From Antedon mediterranea (Eukaryota; Animalia; Echinodermata): a stretch of DNA of 64,000 nt. The notes below the pieces were generated by a model, which did no database searches, had not been told where the DNA came from, and saw only the letters and a list, made by a program, of their open reading frames with translations. The stretch covers positions 6,239,888-6,303,887 of the forward strand of contig NC_092676.1 of the NCBI RefSeq assembly GCF_964355755.1, given 5' to 3'. The position numbers and the translations under genes were made by a program. Below, one piece after another: positions 35,103 to 49,100 of this stretch; within the stretch, counting starts at the first letter, position 1, and each line of letters opens with the position of its first letter.

Positions 35103-36554
35103 ATTCTTGATTATGATGACGAAAGTAATAAAAGATCAAACTTCAAGTCCAATAACGAACTAAACAATGACCACTAAATGCCAATATTAACATATCAACA
35201 AAAAGAAAACCGAGGAAGTGGAGATCATAAAAAGCAATTATTACTTGAAAGATTTTAAATGAATTGCAACTTTCACAGTCTTGTTGGGTTTTATCCCTGA
35301 TATCATCCTATCAATCCCTCCGCCCTGTGTCGTAACGAGAGAACATGTACTTTGAGCCTTGCCCTGGTAGGCCTACACATCAGTGTGTTTTGATGGACTT
35401 TAATTACAATTAATTGCGATGAAAAGATATCATAGTAGGGCTAGACTTTTGCGTAGTACGTTTACAAGAATGGACGAATATATAGGCCTAAGCAGTAAAC
35501 CTAACAATTCGATGGGTATCTTCTCGTTTAAATTATGCACTGAATGAATATATTATTGAGCGTTTATGCAAGCACTGCTTTACGTTTTTAGTCGCGTATA
35601 AGCGCGACTCTATAGCTCACTATTTCGGTCGGTTGGTCGGTCGGTCGGTCGGTAAACACTAACTCAAATTTGCGCACGCGACTGCAGCCATGTATGTATA
35701 GGCCTTGTTTTAAATAATTTCGTTTCTATTGAATTTGTTTTTCAAATGCAATGAAATTGTTTAATAATGAAACATGCTCTCAGACGGCTAAACACGAAGG
35801 GCATTTTTGAATAAAATTCCTTAATTTAACTTCGTGTAGAGTCAACATGATCGAGTCTGTAAATTACTTGCATGAATTTAATGTAGCATGACAGGGCCCA
35901 GGCATTGTGATCCCAGTACACCCTGATTACGAAGCCTAAACGGTCCAGGAGGGCCAGATTGTACTATAAAAGTCTCCAAATACTTTTAGAATTTACCGTA
36001 CCAGGAGAGTTACTATAAAAAGATGTTAACATTTTAAAATTATATGAACTGTTAGGTAAAATTAGTGAAAACAGAAATAGCCGGGATATAAAACATTACA
36101 ATCATTTACGTACACTTTTTATTTTTTTATTATTCTTTGTATTGTATTAAAATAATTGAATTAAGTCAGTTAATCGTTTTATTAATAGTAGATTAAATGT
36201 AGGCCTTTTGCTCTACAATAAACAACAAAACAACAAATAATTACGTATTTGACGGAATTTATTGTTTCGAATATTTCGGAGCATTACAAAAACGAAAACT
36301 GAAGAACATAGATTGATTTTAACACGAGTTGAGCAAAAAAAATTGTTTACGTATAGGGAAATGTGTATATGTATCTATGATATGTTTGACCATGGAGATA
36401 AAAAATAATGTTTTAAACTTCATGGTTTGACTATCAATATGTATTTGGTCCGAAATTAATTTCGCAGAAACGAAAAAAAGAGATAATTTAAGAACAAGTA
36501 AACAAACATTAAAGAAAAGTATAGGTCTATAAGGAAAAAAGAAAATCCACTTAC

Positions 36555-36960
36555 CTTTTGCAAAAGTTCAAAATTATTATGAATTTCCAGAGATATGTCA
36601 AGATAATATCCGAATTTTAATTATTGGATCAAACCCGTATGAAATACCTTCCTTGTAATACGATTTACTAAATAGGTCTGTGTAAAGATCGTCGTTCGTT
36701 AAAAGTAAAACAATCTTCCGCACTTCTAAAAAACGAGTACAGCAATTATCGACGTCACACCGTGTTTGTTTATTAATGTTTATTTATCTTTACACCGAGA
36801 TACTCCACTTTTAAATTACTCTTCTGTCGCTATACGCTTGATCTTGTTGCCGTCTGACGATGTTTCGCGCTATGATGCGCCGCGCTCCCGTCGATAATGC
36901 ACCGTTCTCCTTAGCGAAGAAAAATAAAGCTAGCAGGAGACGGGGGCGGTGACAACACAA
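36555..36960 (-). promoter_or_regulatory. Candidate distal non-coding exon/promoter of Notum; a second candidate donor lies at 34125
   Basis: Donors AAG|GTAAGT at 36554 and ACG|GTAAGT at 34125; acceptor at ~33739; CpG-rich 36750-36950 with GACGTCA. Confidence 0.4.
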
Positions 36961-39900
36961 GAGGTCATGTTTAGCTCATCTAGGGAACGGTTTGAATTAT
37001 TTTTTGACAAATTACTGAATAAACCACGACAACGGGAGTGGGAATACGAGTCGTCTTAATAGAAGCCGTCAGCGGTACATGAATGGATGAGGTCACACGA
37101 TTTTCTTTTTACGGCTTAAAAGGGTACAAATGTTAACCGCCTATTTCATTCCTAATTCCCTTGACAGCCAGGAGAATGGTATCCATTTCGTACATGTGTC
37201 ACATCGACTAATATATTTACTCTAATTGCGTATGTATTTCTAGGTGTACCAAAAAAGAGAGAGAAAACTTGTTTGTAGACCTGTAACATTATCACTTGAT
37301 AAAATGTCATTTACAATTGATAAATGCGTTGTTTCATTTAAATGTGTTCTAAATCATCAGGACTTTTAAAACGTAACAAATGAAGTTAAAGTAAAGTAAA
37401 TAAATGTTGAAACAATAAAAAAAAAACAAAAAAACGCTCACATTGATTGTTATTTTAAATTATAGTATAGGATGGGATCCAAGGGGATCGTGAAGGAGGG
37501 GAGAAGCGACCCCATATTTTCGACAAATGTAAATGACACTAGTAACTTCTGCACATATAGGCCTACTAATTCCACTCCGAGAGGCATCTATTTCAGAATC
37601 TTGGATCCAACAGTTAGATTGTTTTTTAAAAGATCTACCGTAACAAACAGAAAACGCATAGACCTACAATATTTCGTCTTATATTAATCTAAAATCGGCG
37701 TATCTCTTTCCGACCAAGCTAGGCGACGATTAGTCTACCCACGTTGTTTGGTTCTTATGATCCCCGTGTCTCTGTCCGTTTACCTATAATAGTACTCGTT
37801 AAAATTTGATCTGCGTGTAGTTACGATAGTAATTACGTACGAGGTAATGTTTGGGTCGTGTTTGTTTGGGGACACTAATCGGTTAAATTAACACTAATTG
37901 GCCGTGAACATGAACCCATGGTTCCAGCACGAACATAACATGATCACATGCGTTCAAATACTGACGTCAAGACGTCTTTTGTACGCGCGCGTCCGTGATT
38001 TCAGTAACGAAAACTGGTAACGCACACATTTAGGGACGATATAATAATTCCTACACTATCAAACTAGTCTGACAAAAAAAGTGTGATGTGCCCAAATATG
38101 GTAGTGGTGACATCATCATGTCCATATATATGGACACATCACATTTTATTGTCACATAATGTTTGATAGTGTATACAGCTTTACCGTACATGGGTGATCA
38201 ATATAATGACGCTGACATTGTGTACGTTGATAACATTATAAATGTTAGTATTATTAAGCATAACACATATACAAGGTATATATTTCGTATTAATAAAGAA
38301 AAACAAACAAAACATTTTTCTGAAAGATTATTCTTCGCATTTTTGCAAGATAAAACGACTTCTTGATCTAGCTCTACCGAGTTCAAAAACACAATAATCG
38401 GTAGACTTATAATTAGCTGGCCTACCGCCTCCCCTGACAAACTTTATCGGCAAACTTTCACATTTAAACACAAGAAATTCGTCTGCGTAAGTAGGTATTA
38501 AGTAGTACATTAGATCTCGGGGGGTGCGGTGCGTTTGTACCAAGTTTTATCGCATGCCTTGCGGATTTTATTCTCATTTTGCACTAAACAGCACATTGCA
38601 ATGATAAACATGTGTTGAGAAACATTTCTTTTCTATGTTATTCATTATGTAAAAATTCCCATAAGAAACCATTTGTAGTACTCATTCGACATTTCTATGA
38701 CGTCAATAAACGTAGTTACCCAGGGGCGCTTCTTGACGAGGTAAGCCTATTGCTTGCAGAAGGATAACGTATGCATAGGTTTGAATTATTCTCAAAATTA
38801 ACATTTGATTATAAATTTAAAAAAAAATAAAATTACAAAATGTTTCCTATAATAGTAAGTCTCACTTGAGAGCAAATAACAATAGAAAGGCTGGCATAAA
38901 CAATCGTGCGTAGTATTTATGTTAAACTTGTATATTGTATAGGCCTAGTATTTCCAAATCCGCATTGTAATTTCAGGAATATTTTTTATGTTTTGGAACA
39001 ATACTACCGAAAAATACACATTTACGACAACTATTAAAAGGTTAGCTACCAATTGCTGATAACGAAAAAGACAAATCATGCTTTAAGTACAAGCGAGTAC
39101 ACAACTGGTTTATATATACTGTAATTACTTTTATTAATGGACCAACATGGGTGGAACTATAATAAAACTCTTCATTTTTTCATTACATTTTTATTTTTAA
39201 AAAGGAGGGAGTTTGAAAACAAAAAGCAATTATTTATCAACTATTATAGATACAGCAAGAAAATAGTAATCCAACAAATGTATAGAAAAAAATTGGTTGG
39301 TAATTGGTAGAAGTTTCACCCTGTTAACATTACATTTTAACTACTTCAATATATGTATGATACATGTTATTTTGATACTACATTTTGTTTTTTTAATTGC
39401 ACATTCTTAAGCTCTGTCTACACTATCAAACTAGTGTGATGTACCCAAATATGGTAGTGATATCCCAAAATATGGTGGTGATATGATGTCGTGGGCACAT
39501 CACATTTTTTTGTCACATAAACTTTGCTAGGATAGACACAGCTTTATCTTGCTAATATTAATGATAATAAATTTAATAATCATGATAAAAGATTAACACT
39601 CCTGGACCACATGAGACAAAATGATAAATAATTATTGGAAAGTGTGTTTTACTTTCACACAATACTGTACGTTACATACTTTTGAATGTATATATATATA
39701 TATATAAACACAATAGGCAAAGAACATTAATTCTAAACCGCCCGGTGATATACTGAAATTTAATTAATTAATTTGAAACGATAAAGATGAGGAAATCTGT
39801 GAGAATGAGAAAAATATATATATACATGATAAAATGTTGGCAAGTTAGTCAAATTATTATGTTCTCATGGAACCCAAAAAATATTGGGAAGTAGATAAAA

Positions 39901-40130
39901 AAAGCAAATTTAATACTTTATACATATTTCAGTCAGGTTTTGTCCAAATCCTTGCAGCAAAAAAAAATTAATAAATTACTGTTTAAAACTCAAACAATAA
40001 TAAATATTTGAACTTTGTATTACAGTACTGTAATACACCCAAATTTTACCTAATAATTTATATTTTCAAAATAAATACGTTATTTCAGATTTTAAATCTT
40101 GAATTAAAATTAATAAGTCTGTCCAACTTT

Positions 40131-43100
40131 TTAAAAGCTGAACTTCTTGACTTTGGACACTGACTCGCCTCCGGTTTCAGACAATCTGAAATATATAAGT
40201 TGGAAAAGAGTTAAAATAAAACTGCTTTTTGCTAAATTATAATTTGGTTAAACATTTAAAATACAAATCTATATAGAAAAAGAGCCACAAAAGAAAAATG
40301 AATTAAGCTCTGTCTACACTATCAAACTAGTTTGACAAAAAAAGTGTGATGTACCCAAATATGGTAGTGATATCTTCAAATATGGTAGTGATAATGTCAT
40401 CGTGTCCATATATGGGCATATCACATTTTGTTGTCACATAAAGTTTGATAGTGTACTAGACAGTTCTTTAGTCTTCAAAAGGTGTCCTTTTTGTGACAAA
40501 GACAGTTCAGTGGGGACTAATGGAACGCATTTATCATAATTTAGTTATTAATACTAGTTACATAATTTGTTTTTAACAATGCTGTTGAAATTCAGTTATA
40601 ATTAAGAGTCCAAAAGGTGAGTTTTAAAAAGCAAGTACAACACACCGCCCATTAACCCTGATGTAATATAATCAAATCTGGAGAAATATTGCCAGGTCTG
40701 ACATACCTAGATTCAGTATACAAATTAGTATTTTATTGGGTAAATATTTCCAGATGAAACTGACTAAACCACAGCATTTAAATAATTACTTAATAGCTAG
40801 AAGCATGCATGAAATCAGAAGGGAATATGTAGTGAAATACCTTTAAATTACTTTAAATTATACTATAATGCCATGTTATCAAAGCATATATGCCCTAAAG
40901 GATTTTAAATTGTATTAGTGATTGGTAAATTATACACATTTTGTTGTGATGCCCTTTTCTGTTCATTTTGTTGCCACTTTTTGCCTTTCATACATGTGCT
41001 GTATGAATAAACAAATTATAAACATTGATTAGTGATGCAATTAGGTTGTGTCTGAACACTGACTTTTAACATGATGGATTATGTTACACTTTGCTTTAGA
41101 TAAGAACCATTAATGCTGCAAGTCTGAACATAGCCTGAGATACTTATAGTACAGTTGACCCTGAGAGTTTATTGAGAGTAACTAAAGATTTGTTCATTTT
41201 CAAGTTTTACATTGATTGATGGATTATGTTACACCTTGCTTTAGATAAGAACTATTAATGCTTCAAGTCTGAACATAATCTGAGGTACTTATAGTGCAGT
41301 CCAACCATTGATATTAAAAGTAGCTAAAGAATTGTTCATTTTCAAGTTTTACATTGATGGATGGATTATGTTACACTTTACTTTAGATAAGAACCATTAA
41401 TGCTTCAAGTCTGAACATAGCCTGAGGTACTTATAGTGCAACCCAACCCTTATGTATTGAACATAGCTAATGAATTGTTCATTTTCAAGTTTTACATTGA
41501 TGGATGGATTATGTTACACCTTGCTTTAGATAAGAACCATTAATGTTTCAAGTCTGAACATAACCTGAGGTACTTATAGTGCAGTCCAACAATTCTGTAT
41601 TCAATTTAGCTTAGATTGTATATACAGTATTTTTATGTTATGATTTATGCATCTAGTAATAGTTTAAAAAAGGTTCTACATCTGCCCTTATTATCCAAAG
41701 CACTTTATTAACACTGACCCCTCCATCTAGAATGATAAATGGGGATTTGAGTAGCAATCCTGCCCAGGGCTGCACATGCAATTCTCTCTTAATAAACTTT
41801 TGGCATTTATATTAGTATATAACTAGTTGAACACCTGCACTTAATAGCAATATAACTGATAATGGTTGTTTGTTAAAACACAGTTCAACTCGTTAATGTC
41901 AACGTCGTACATACTATTAGCAAACTCTTGGATAAATGGTTGTTTTAGCTCTCAATTAGAAACAATAACATATTTGAAATGTGTGCTAAGTAAACATTGC
42001 CATCATCTATTAAGATAAGGTATGTCAATGGATTGTTTGCATGTAAAGAGCAGTCGAATTAAAGTTTATTTAAAAACAACCTTTTCATTGGTGATGACGT
42101 GCAAAGGCATATTGACTTTATAGTCATATAATGCACTTTATGTACTGCCCTTAAAATATCCATGCTAATCCGTTGTTTTCCACTAGCTAGCCTAGATTTA
42201 CTAGCACGGAGCATTTTCCTAGGCTGAAATAGGGTGTACACGCCAGCAATCACAATTAAAGACATTCAGTAGAATTTTAGAACCTTGTACGTGCATGTCA
42301 AAATAAAACATGCTTATATGAAATATTGTCACAGTAGAGGTGTTGCACACTTCTATGAGCTTGTTACTAGGAATTATTGATGTACTTTTTGACTAGCCAT
42401 AATGGGTACAAATGAGTATTAATTAGTTAGGATTAGTGAGGATTAGTGAGGATGCAAAAACATATATTGTACCAAAACATTGACAATTTTAAATCTCAAT
42501 CAAAGAGTGAACAAAATTGACTTACTTTAGTCTGTCATTTGGATTGAAGTGACTTTTTAATCCTTGCCAACATTTATAGTACTCTTCATCAACTCGTAGA
42601 CAGGTCTTATTGCCCCATTCTGTTAAAGCCAAGCTAAACGAGCTCTCAAACATGAATGCCTTTGGAAGATATAAATTGTTTTCTTTATGGCACACAATCT
42701 ACAGTATTTGAATGTTAGTGGAGATCTGAGATCAACATTTATAAATATGTGCAATTGTACTAGTTATTGGGTTGCCATAATAGTGCTGTACCTATGTCTT
42801 GTCCAATCTGTTAACAAATGTAGTACTATAAAATAATGGATCAAATTCAAGTATTGCAAAACTTGTAGCCCAATTGTTTATATACAGGACAATTTTGAGT
42901 GTAAGCAATTATCCACTGTTGACTATTGGGGACTGAAGAAAAACATTGTTTTAGGTCTATACATAATATATAGTAGATGATAGATTTTCCTGCTGATGGC
43001 TATTTAGCACTTTCAGTGCTCGTCCCTAGTTTGAAAAGGTTACTTTATATAAAAGGTGGCTCTTTTTAACCTTAAGTACCTTTAACCTTATGTGGCTATG

Positions 43101-46100
43101 GGCTTAATTGTAATCATGTGCCTCCTTGCGTAGAATACCCACTTACCATAGTACCATCAGCAATTCTTTCAGCTTTCAAGTTGGCATTTGATGCCTTTTC
43201 AAAGCACTCACTGTCAGGTCCATGTGGTGTCATCATGCTATGTAACGTGCCACCTCCAGACCTGAATCCTTCCTCCTATCATGAAATTAAATTAATATAA
43301 AGGCTAAGAATGCAATATACAACAAACGAGGCAGAAATTTAATTTTTGCAAATGTTGTGTCTATTTATTTCTCTTTTATACTGGGTGATTCTTCAGTACA
43401 CGACTGTTCTCCTAGGGCCCAGTAGAAGGGCATGATTAGTACAACGGGAGACAATCCAAGTACTTAATTTTGTACATGTGTAATGTACTACAGTATATAT
43501 ACACAGGACCAACAGCTTTATTTCCCATCTGAAGGGTTAGGGTTAGATTGAGTTGTTACAATAGTTTATGACTGGGAATGCATGGACCACCACAATGAGG
43601 TAAATGTGTATTTTGAAGTGTGACTTAGTGGGGTAAACTCAGCCTATAGTATGTAATAAGAGATTTCTCATCACCAGATATAATGTATAGTTAGTACCTA
43701 CCTTAGCCTCATATTTGCCTTTGATAAGGCCCATAAATTCACTCATACAATTACGATGATAGTATGGAGGCCTGAATGTGTGCTCTTGCACGGACCAACG
43801 CGGTGGGAATATAACAAAGTCTGCTATTGCCACGCCTGCTGTCTCTGACTGGCAAGTGAGCACGGTAAAGATTGATGGATCCTATACAAAAAACATATTA
43901 AGAATATTGATTGTATTATATATTTATACTGGGTGACCTCTTCAGTCAAAAACTGGTCTCCCAGAGGGCCCAGTTATGATCAGTGGATGTGATGTACTAA
44001 TACACCGGGGTAACCCCCTACTCATCTCGAAAGATGTACTAGGTTCTTAAAAGTGGACATGAGCTACACTGGACCTACGGTTTATAGTCCTTATCCAAGA
44101 AGACTCAATATATTGAGCCCTAAAGAAATTTTCTCTTGATAGGCTCTGTGACCGTCGTCTCCAGCTTGTTCTGAAGTTTGGGAGGAGTGTCCATGAAAAA
44201 TTTAGTAATATTATCCCCAATACCCGTGCTGAAGCGACAGGTAGATCTCTCAGAAACGCAAACAAAATATCCCAAATTAAATGTAGAACAGAAAGATTTA
44301 AGAAATCCACACTCCCATTCCTGATTAACAATGACCTTATAGTGCAATAATATATATATATGAAATTTGTAATTTTGATAGATAGGCCTACGGATAATTA
44401 ATAATTTTACTCGCAGTTTTTAAATTTGTAATTGTATATTCTTTATTTTTTTTAATGCATTTTTGTATATATATATATATATTTTTATATTGGATGTTTG
44501 TGTAAATTTTGCTCGTTTTTGATATATTTTTTATGTTTATATTACTGGACGCAATTCAGTTTTGTACTGCCATGTCTTTGTTTTTAATAAACCAGAATAA
44601 ATAAATAAATATTACTGTATGTTAACTCTTTCATATAACAAAACTTTAGACACTGTTTGGTGTGGGAGTTTTACAAGTCAATGCAAAAGAGGTATTATAG
44701 TTGTGCTAGCTTAGTACAATTTTCTATTTTCTTATATTTCATCATTACTTTGTTTCGTTTTTTCAATTCAATTCAAAGAACATTTATTAACGTCCAAAAA
44801 AACTAACAAAAAACAACAATGGCAAGAGATAATAAAAAAAATGGACGAAGGCAGATCCCAGAAAGATGTGAATCTTAGTTGGCTTATAACAATATTGCGC
44901 CTGTGTTAGAGTGTGATGGTTTATGGTTCTTTAATTTTAATAATGAAATACTTACCGCATGGTCAAATGCCACTGCATTGATTACCATAAATTTGTCCAG
45001 ATCATACTTGTATGGTGTATAGTTACCATGCCAACCAACAACATCAAATGGAGAATGTCCCTGTAAAGAGAAAATTATTGCAAATTTTAGCTATTATATA
45101 TAATAATATTACACATTTCAGTATCACTTTATTGTAGAATATTCATATAGTGCTATTTTTTGATAATTCAACCAGGGAAGCGTTACCAAAAGTAAAATTA
45201 ACCTTTCACCCCCTTTTGAAAATAAGTTGGCATTTTGAATAAATGTTAACATATCATTGTACATTTTATAATAGTACCTGTTGGGCCTCGAACATTTTTC
45301 CTTGGAATTTGTTAATGATTGTGCATTGTATCTCTTTATCCTCAAACCAAGCTACAGGCGTTAAGAAGTCCCGAGGGTTGGCAAGTCCATTCGCACCTAT
45401 GAAGAAGAGAGTTATTGGCTAGTGAGTTAGAGTTCATGTTTATCCATCTTATGTGTGCTCTGTCTTTATTTGCCTATGTCTATTTGTCAGGAAACTTCAA
45501 TTGCAAATTTTAAGTTGTATCTTGTTTAATTTTCTGGCAAAAACGACACAAATCAGAAAACTTCCTCAGCTTTCCAAGACAGTTTCATAATCCTGGTAAA
45601 AAAGAGTAAAAAATAAAAAAAATAAAATAAAAAGCGTACCAATTGGGCCAAGATCAGGCAATGTGAAATGTTTATTGTATGTTTCCAGTATGTAGCCTCT
45701 AGAGGGCTCACTAACTTGTACTGAGAATCTCATGCCTTGCTGTATAACACATATCTCATTTGGTTTAATGGTCATCTTCCCAAATTCTGTCAGAATTCGG
45801 AGAGTACCTTTTTGAGGAACTGAAATAAATACAGAAAGAAAGGATAAACTTATTTTGTTTTATATACATTTCCACTGTAATTGAAATATAAGCCTGATTT
45901 CCACTAAGTGAATCTATTTGAGTTAAATCTCCCAGGAATTTTGTTTTCCTAGCTTACGACGATTTTTGCCCTTTTTTATGAAAAAAATTACCCTCTGTAA
46001 CATTGTGGCTGCGTGCTGGTTTTAAGAATTGATAACATTTGTCAATTATTACTATGTACAAAGTTTGAATTGAAATGTGTTTTAGTTACACTAAGTAAAT

Positions 46101-49100
46101 GTCAATAATACTATAGTAAATTTGGATATGAATAAATTACATACCAATCAAAAAATCTCCATCAGAGCTGTACATGCATCTGGAAAAAAAAAACATAGGA
46201 AATTTAAAGATTTTTGTCTTTGATTTGGTGCACTTGGTTTATAGTTGGTGGTTTAAACACTCCAACTAAATAGTCCACTAAATGACCATGTATGTCCATA
46301 TATGGGCACCCCTCACTTTTTTTGTGTAGTTTAGTGTAGACAAAGCTTTATGCAGTGTTTGCAACATCTGGATCTGGATGAATACTGGCGAAGGATCACA
46401 TGGGTATATGCGTCAGGGGTGCGTCTCTCGGTGTGCAAACATCATACTTAACTGAATTTATTTTATTTTATTTTTTTTATTTATAACTTCACAAAACTGA
46501 CCAAACAATGACGAAAAAACAAACAAACCAACATCCATATATTAATATACATAAATCGATTGCTGCATTAAATTGAAGCCCATGACTTGGCAGTACATGC
46601 TATTAGGTGGTGCAATAGTGATTGTGCAATCATCTAAGTTTGTCCACAGTGTTGATTTAAAGGTTTGTAGTGATGATGCTTGTTTAATGCATTCCATACA
46701 TATATTATATAATAATATATAAATACTTACTTGTGTAACATAGAAGAATTACAAGCATATATATGGATTGATAGTCCATTCCTAGTCTTTGGATCCCCAG
46801 CTCCACACAATGTATTTAATCCCTGGAATTACAAACATACATTATAAATAGTAGTTCGTTATTTTCTTGAAACTTACCTTGACAGCAATGATCTTGAGAA
46901 AAAACTACTTTAGAACTTCTATTAAGGGGACATGTTCGGGACCTAACAAAGTGTGTCCTTATAGGGGTGTCATATGAATGTGGGTTGACCATACAATAGT
47001 GTTAAGCTCTGTCTACACTATTAAATTTTATGTGACAAAAAAATGTGATGTGCCCATACATGAACATGATGATCTCATATCCCTACCTTATTTGAGTATA
47101 TCACTACCATATTTGGGCACGCTTTTTTTCTCAAATTTGATAGTGTAGACAGAGCTTTAAAACACTGTATATTGCCACTGAATGAAGTGTCCCCATAAAA
47201 GCAGTGTCTGCTGAATAGAGGTATCCCAAAGGAGGGATTGTTTATACTCTATTTGAACTAAAGCTCAGTCTATCCTATCAAACTTTATGTGATGTGCCCA
47301 TATATGGACATCATGATATCATATCACCACCATATTTGGGCACATCACACTTTTTTTTTGTCAAACTAGTTTGATAGTGTAGACAGAGCTTTAGAACAGT
47401 ATTACTGTGATTACCTCTGCAAAATCCACTGCACCTTTGGCAGCATCAGGTATTGTGAATGGATGCCAGCGCAACTGATGACAAAAAAATACTGACATAA
47501 TAATTAGAAAGAAGATAAACTCAATAAGTTTAGCTACTCAGTTTCAACTAAGAATCTCTTATAAAATTCAAACAATGGATAAATTTCACTGCCTTAAATT
47601 TTCTGAAAAAAATTTTCAAATTGTTACTGTTTTCCAATTTACCCACACAGCTTGGATATATTGCTACCCACTTCTACTTCATGGTCTAAGTTTATAATTT
47701 AAGGCTTGTGATCTGAAAGTTATGGGTTTGTGTACTATAGTGAATTGAAAGATTTGTTTGTACCGGATCCCTGAAAAGATGACTGGCTGATCCCCAGTTA
47801 GCGGTGATGGTGTATCCCCATACTCCGGTTTGGGTGCTAGCTTGGTGTTTTTGTCTTTTTGTTCTCTTTCTTTTGGTTTCCACTCTTTCTCTTTATTCTC
47901 GAGCGCATAGAAACATCGTTTATTTGCGCTATATAAATCTATCTATCTATTATTATTATTATTGTGTTCAAACTATTTACTTAAAATATGATAATTGGTA
48001 TTTATATTTAATAAATTAAACTATCTCACCTGGTTAGGATCTGGGTACCAAGAATTCCAATCATCTCGCATGTTTCCCATGTCAATAGGCTTGAAGGGAG
48101 TATGAAGTGCGGAGGGACGGATCCTATACAGCCATGAGCGTTTATTGGTAACTCGAGGGGCAGTGAAAGCCGTCCCCGACAATTGCTCTGCATAAAGTCC
48201 ATAGGGACACTTCTGTGGGTTGTTCTGCAGTAAATAAAAATAGATTGGTTACTAAATAGTGTGAGTGTGTATACTGTAGTATCTACTATTGTTTTGCAGC
48301 ATTCTAAAGCATTCAATTATTACTCACAGTTTAAACAGAAACATAATATACAAAAATAATTTTAAAAATGGGGTGGTGGGGTTGCAGGGTTGCTATAAAA
48401 TTGGATTTCAAACCTCACCTGTGTCTTGGGAAGACAACCAGGGCATCGTGGGTCCTCGGATGCAAATTCATTTCCAAATCCACTCAAATACTGAAAAAAA
48501 AAAAAAAAAATATTGGTTCTAAAAAAATGTTTACTTGGTTATATTGTATTTATAATATTTTGAACACTTTAAATTGACAGGCATGCAATATATCAGGCAG
48601 TTTATTTGGCTTACTTAACAATCAATAAACATATCAGCAAATATTATTTCACTCAAAATAATTTAAACATTATATTAATAATTATTAGGCAAAGGAACTT
48701 ATACCATGTCACTAAGGCATGGGTTATCCTTCCTTCCTCAATCACTTTTTACTGGGTCACTTGTTCCATGATACAGAGTCACAATGTTTCTCAAATGTTA
48801 CTACTGTATTATGACATTTTTCAGGTTATGATAGAAATAATGTAAAATATGGATATCAATAGATATACAAGTAAAATAAGCAAAAAGCTGAATTAAAACA
48901 ACTAAACCAGTAATATGCCAAACCTGCGTCAGAGAAAGTGAGAATACTTAGTATAAAATTAAAGAATAAAAGACACGATATATTATTACTGTATAAACAA
49001 TTAACATTACTTTATCAATTAAATCCAAAATTTGATTAAATGATTACAGTACATATTTACATATTCATGTAGGCTATAACTAATTTAACTGTTACAGTTA

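Noticed and set aside
41070-41600. Tandem C/D-box snoRNA cluster (TGATGG...CTGA)
   Set aside because: The C box is imperfect, no terminal stems are evident, and the boxes are on the strand opposite the host gene; treated as a simple tandem repeat.
48140-48170. Apparent frameshift in HGD exon 3
   Set aside because: Recounting the G run gives ACT GCC CCT CGA (TAPR), so the frame is intact.
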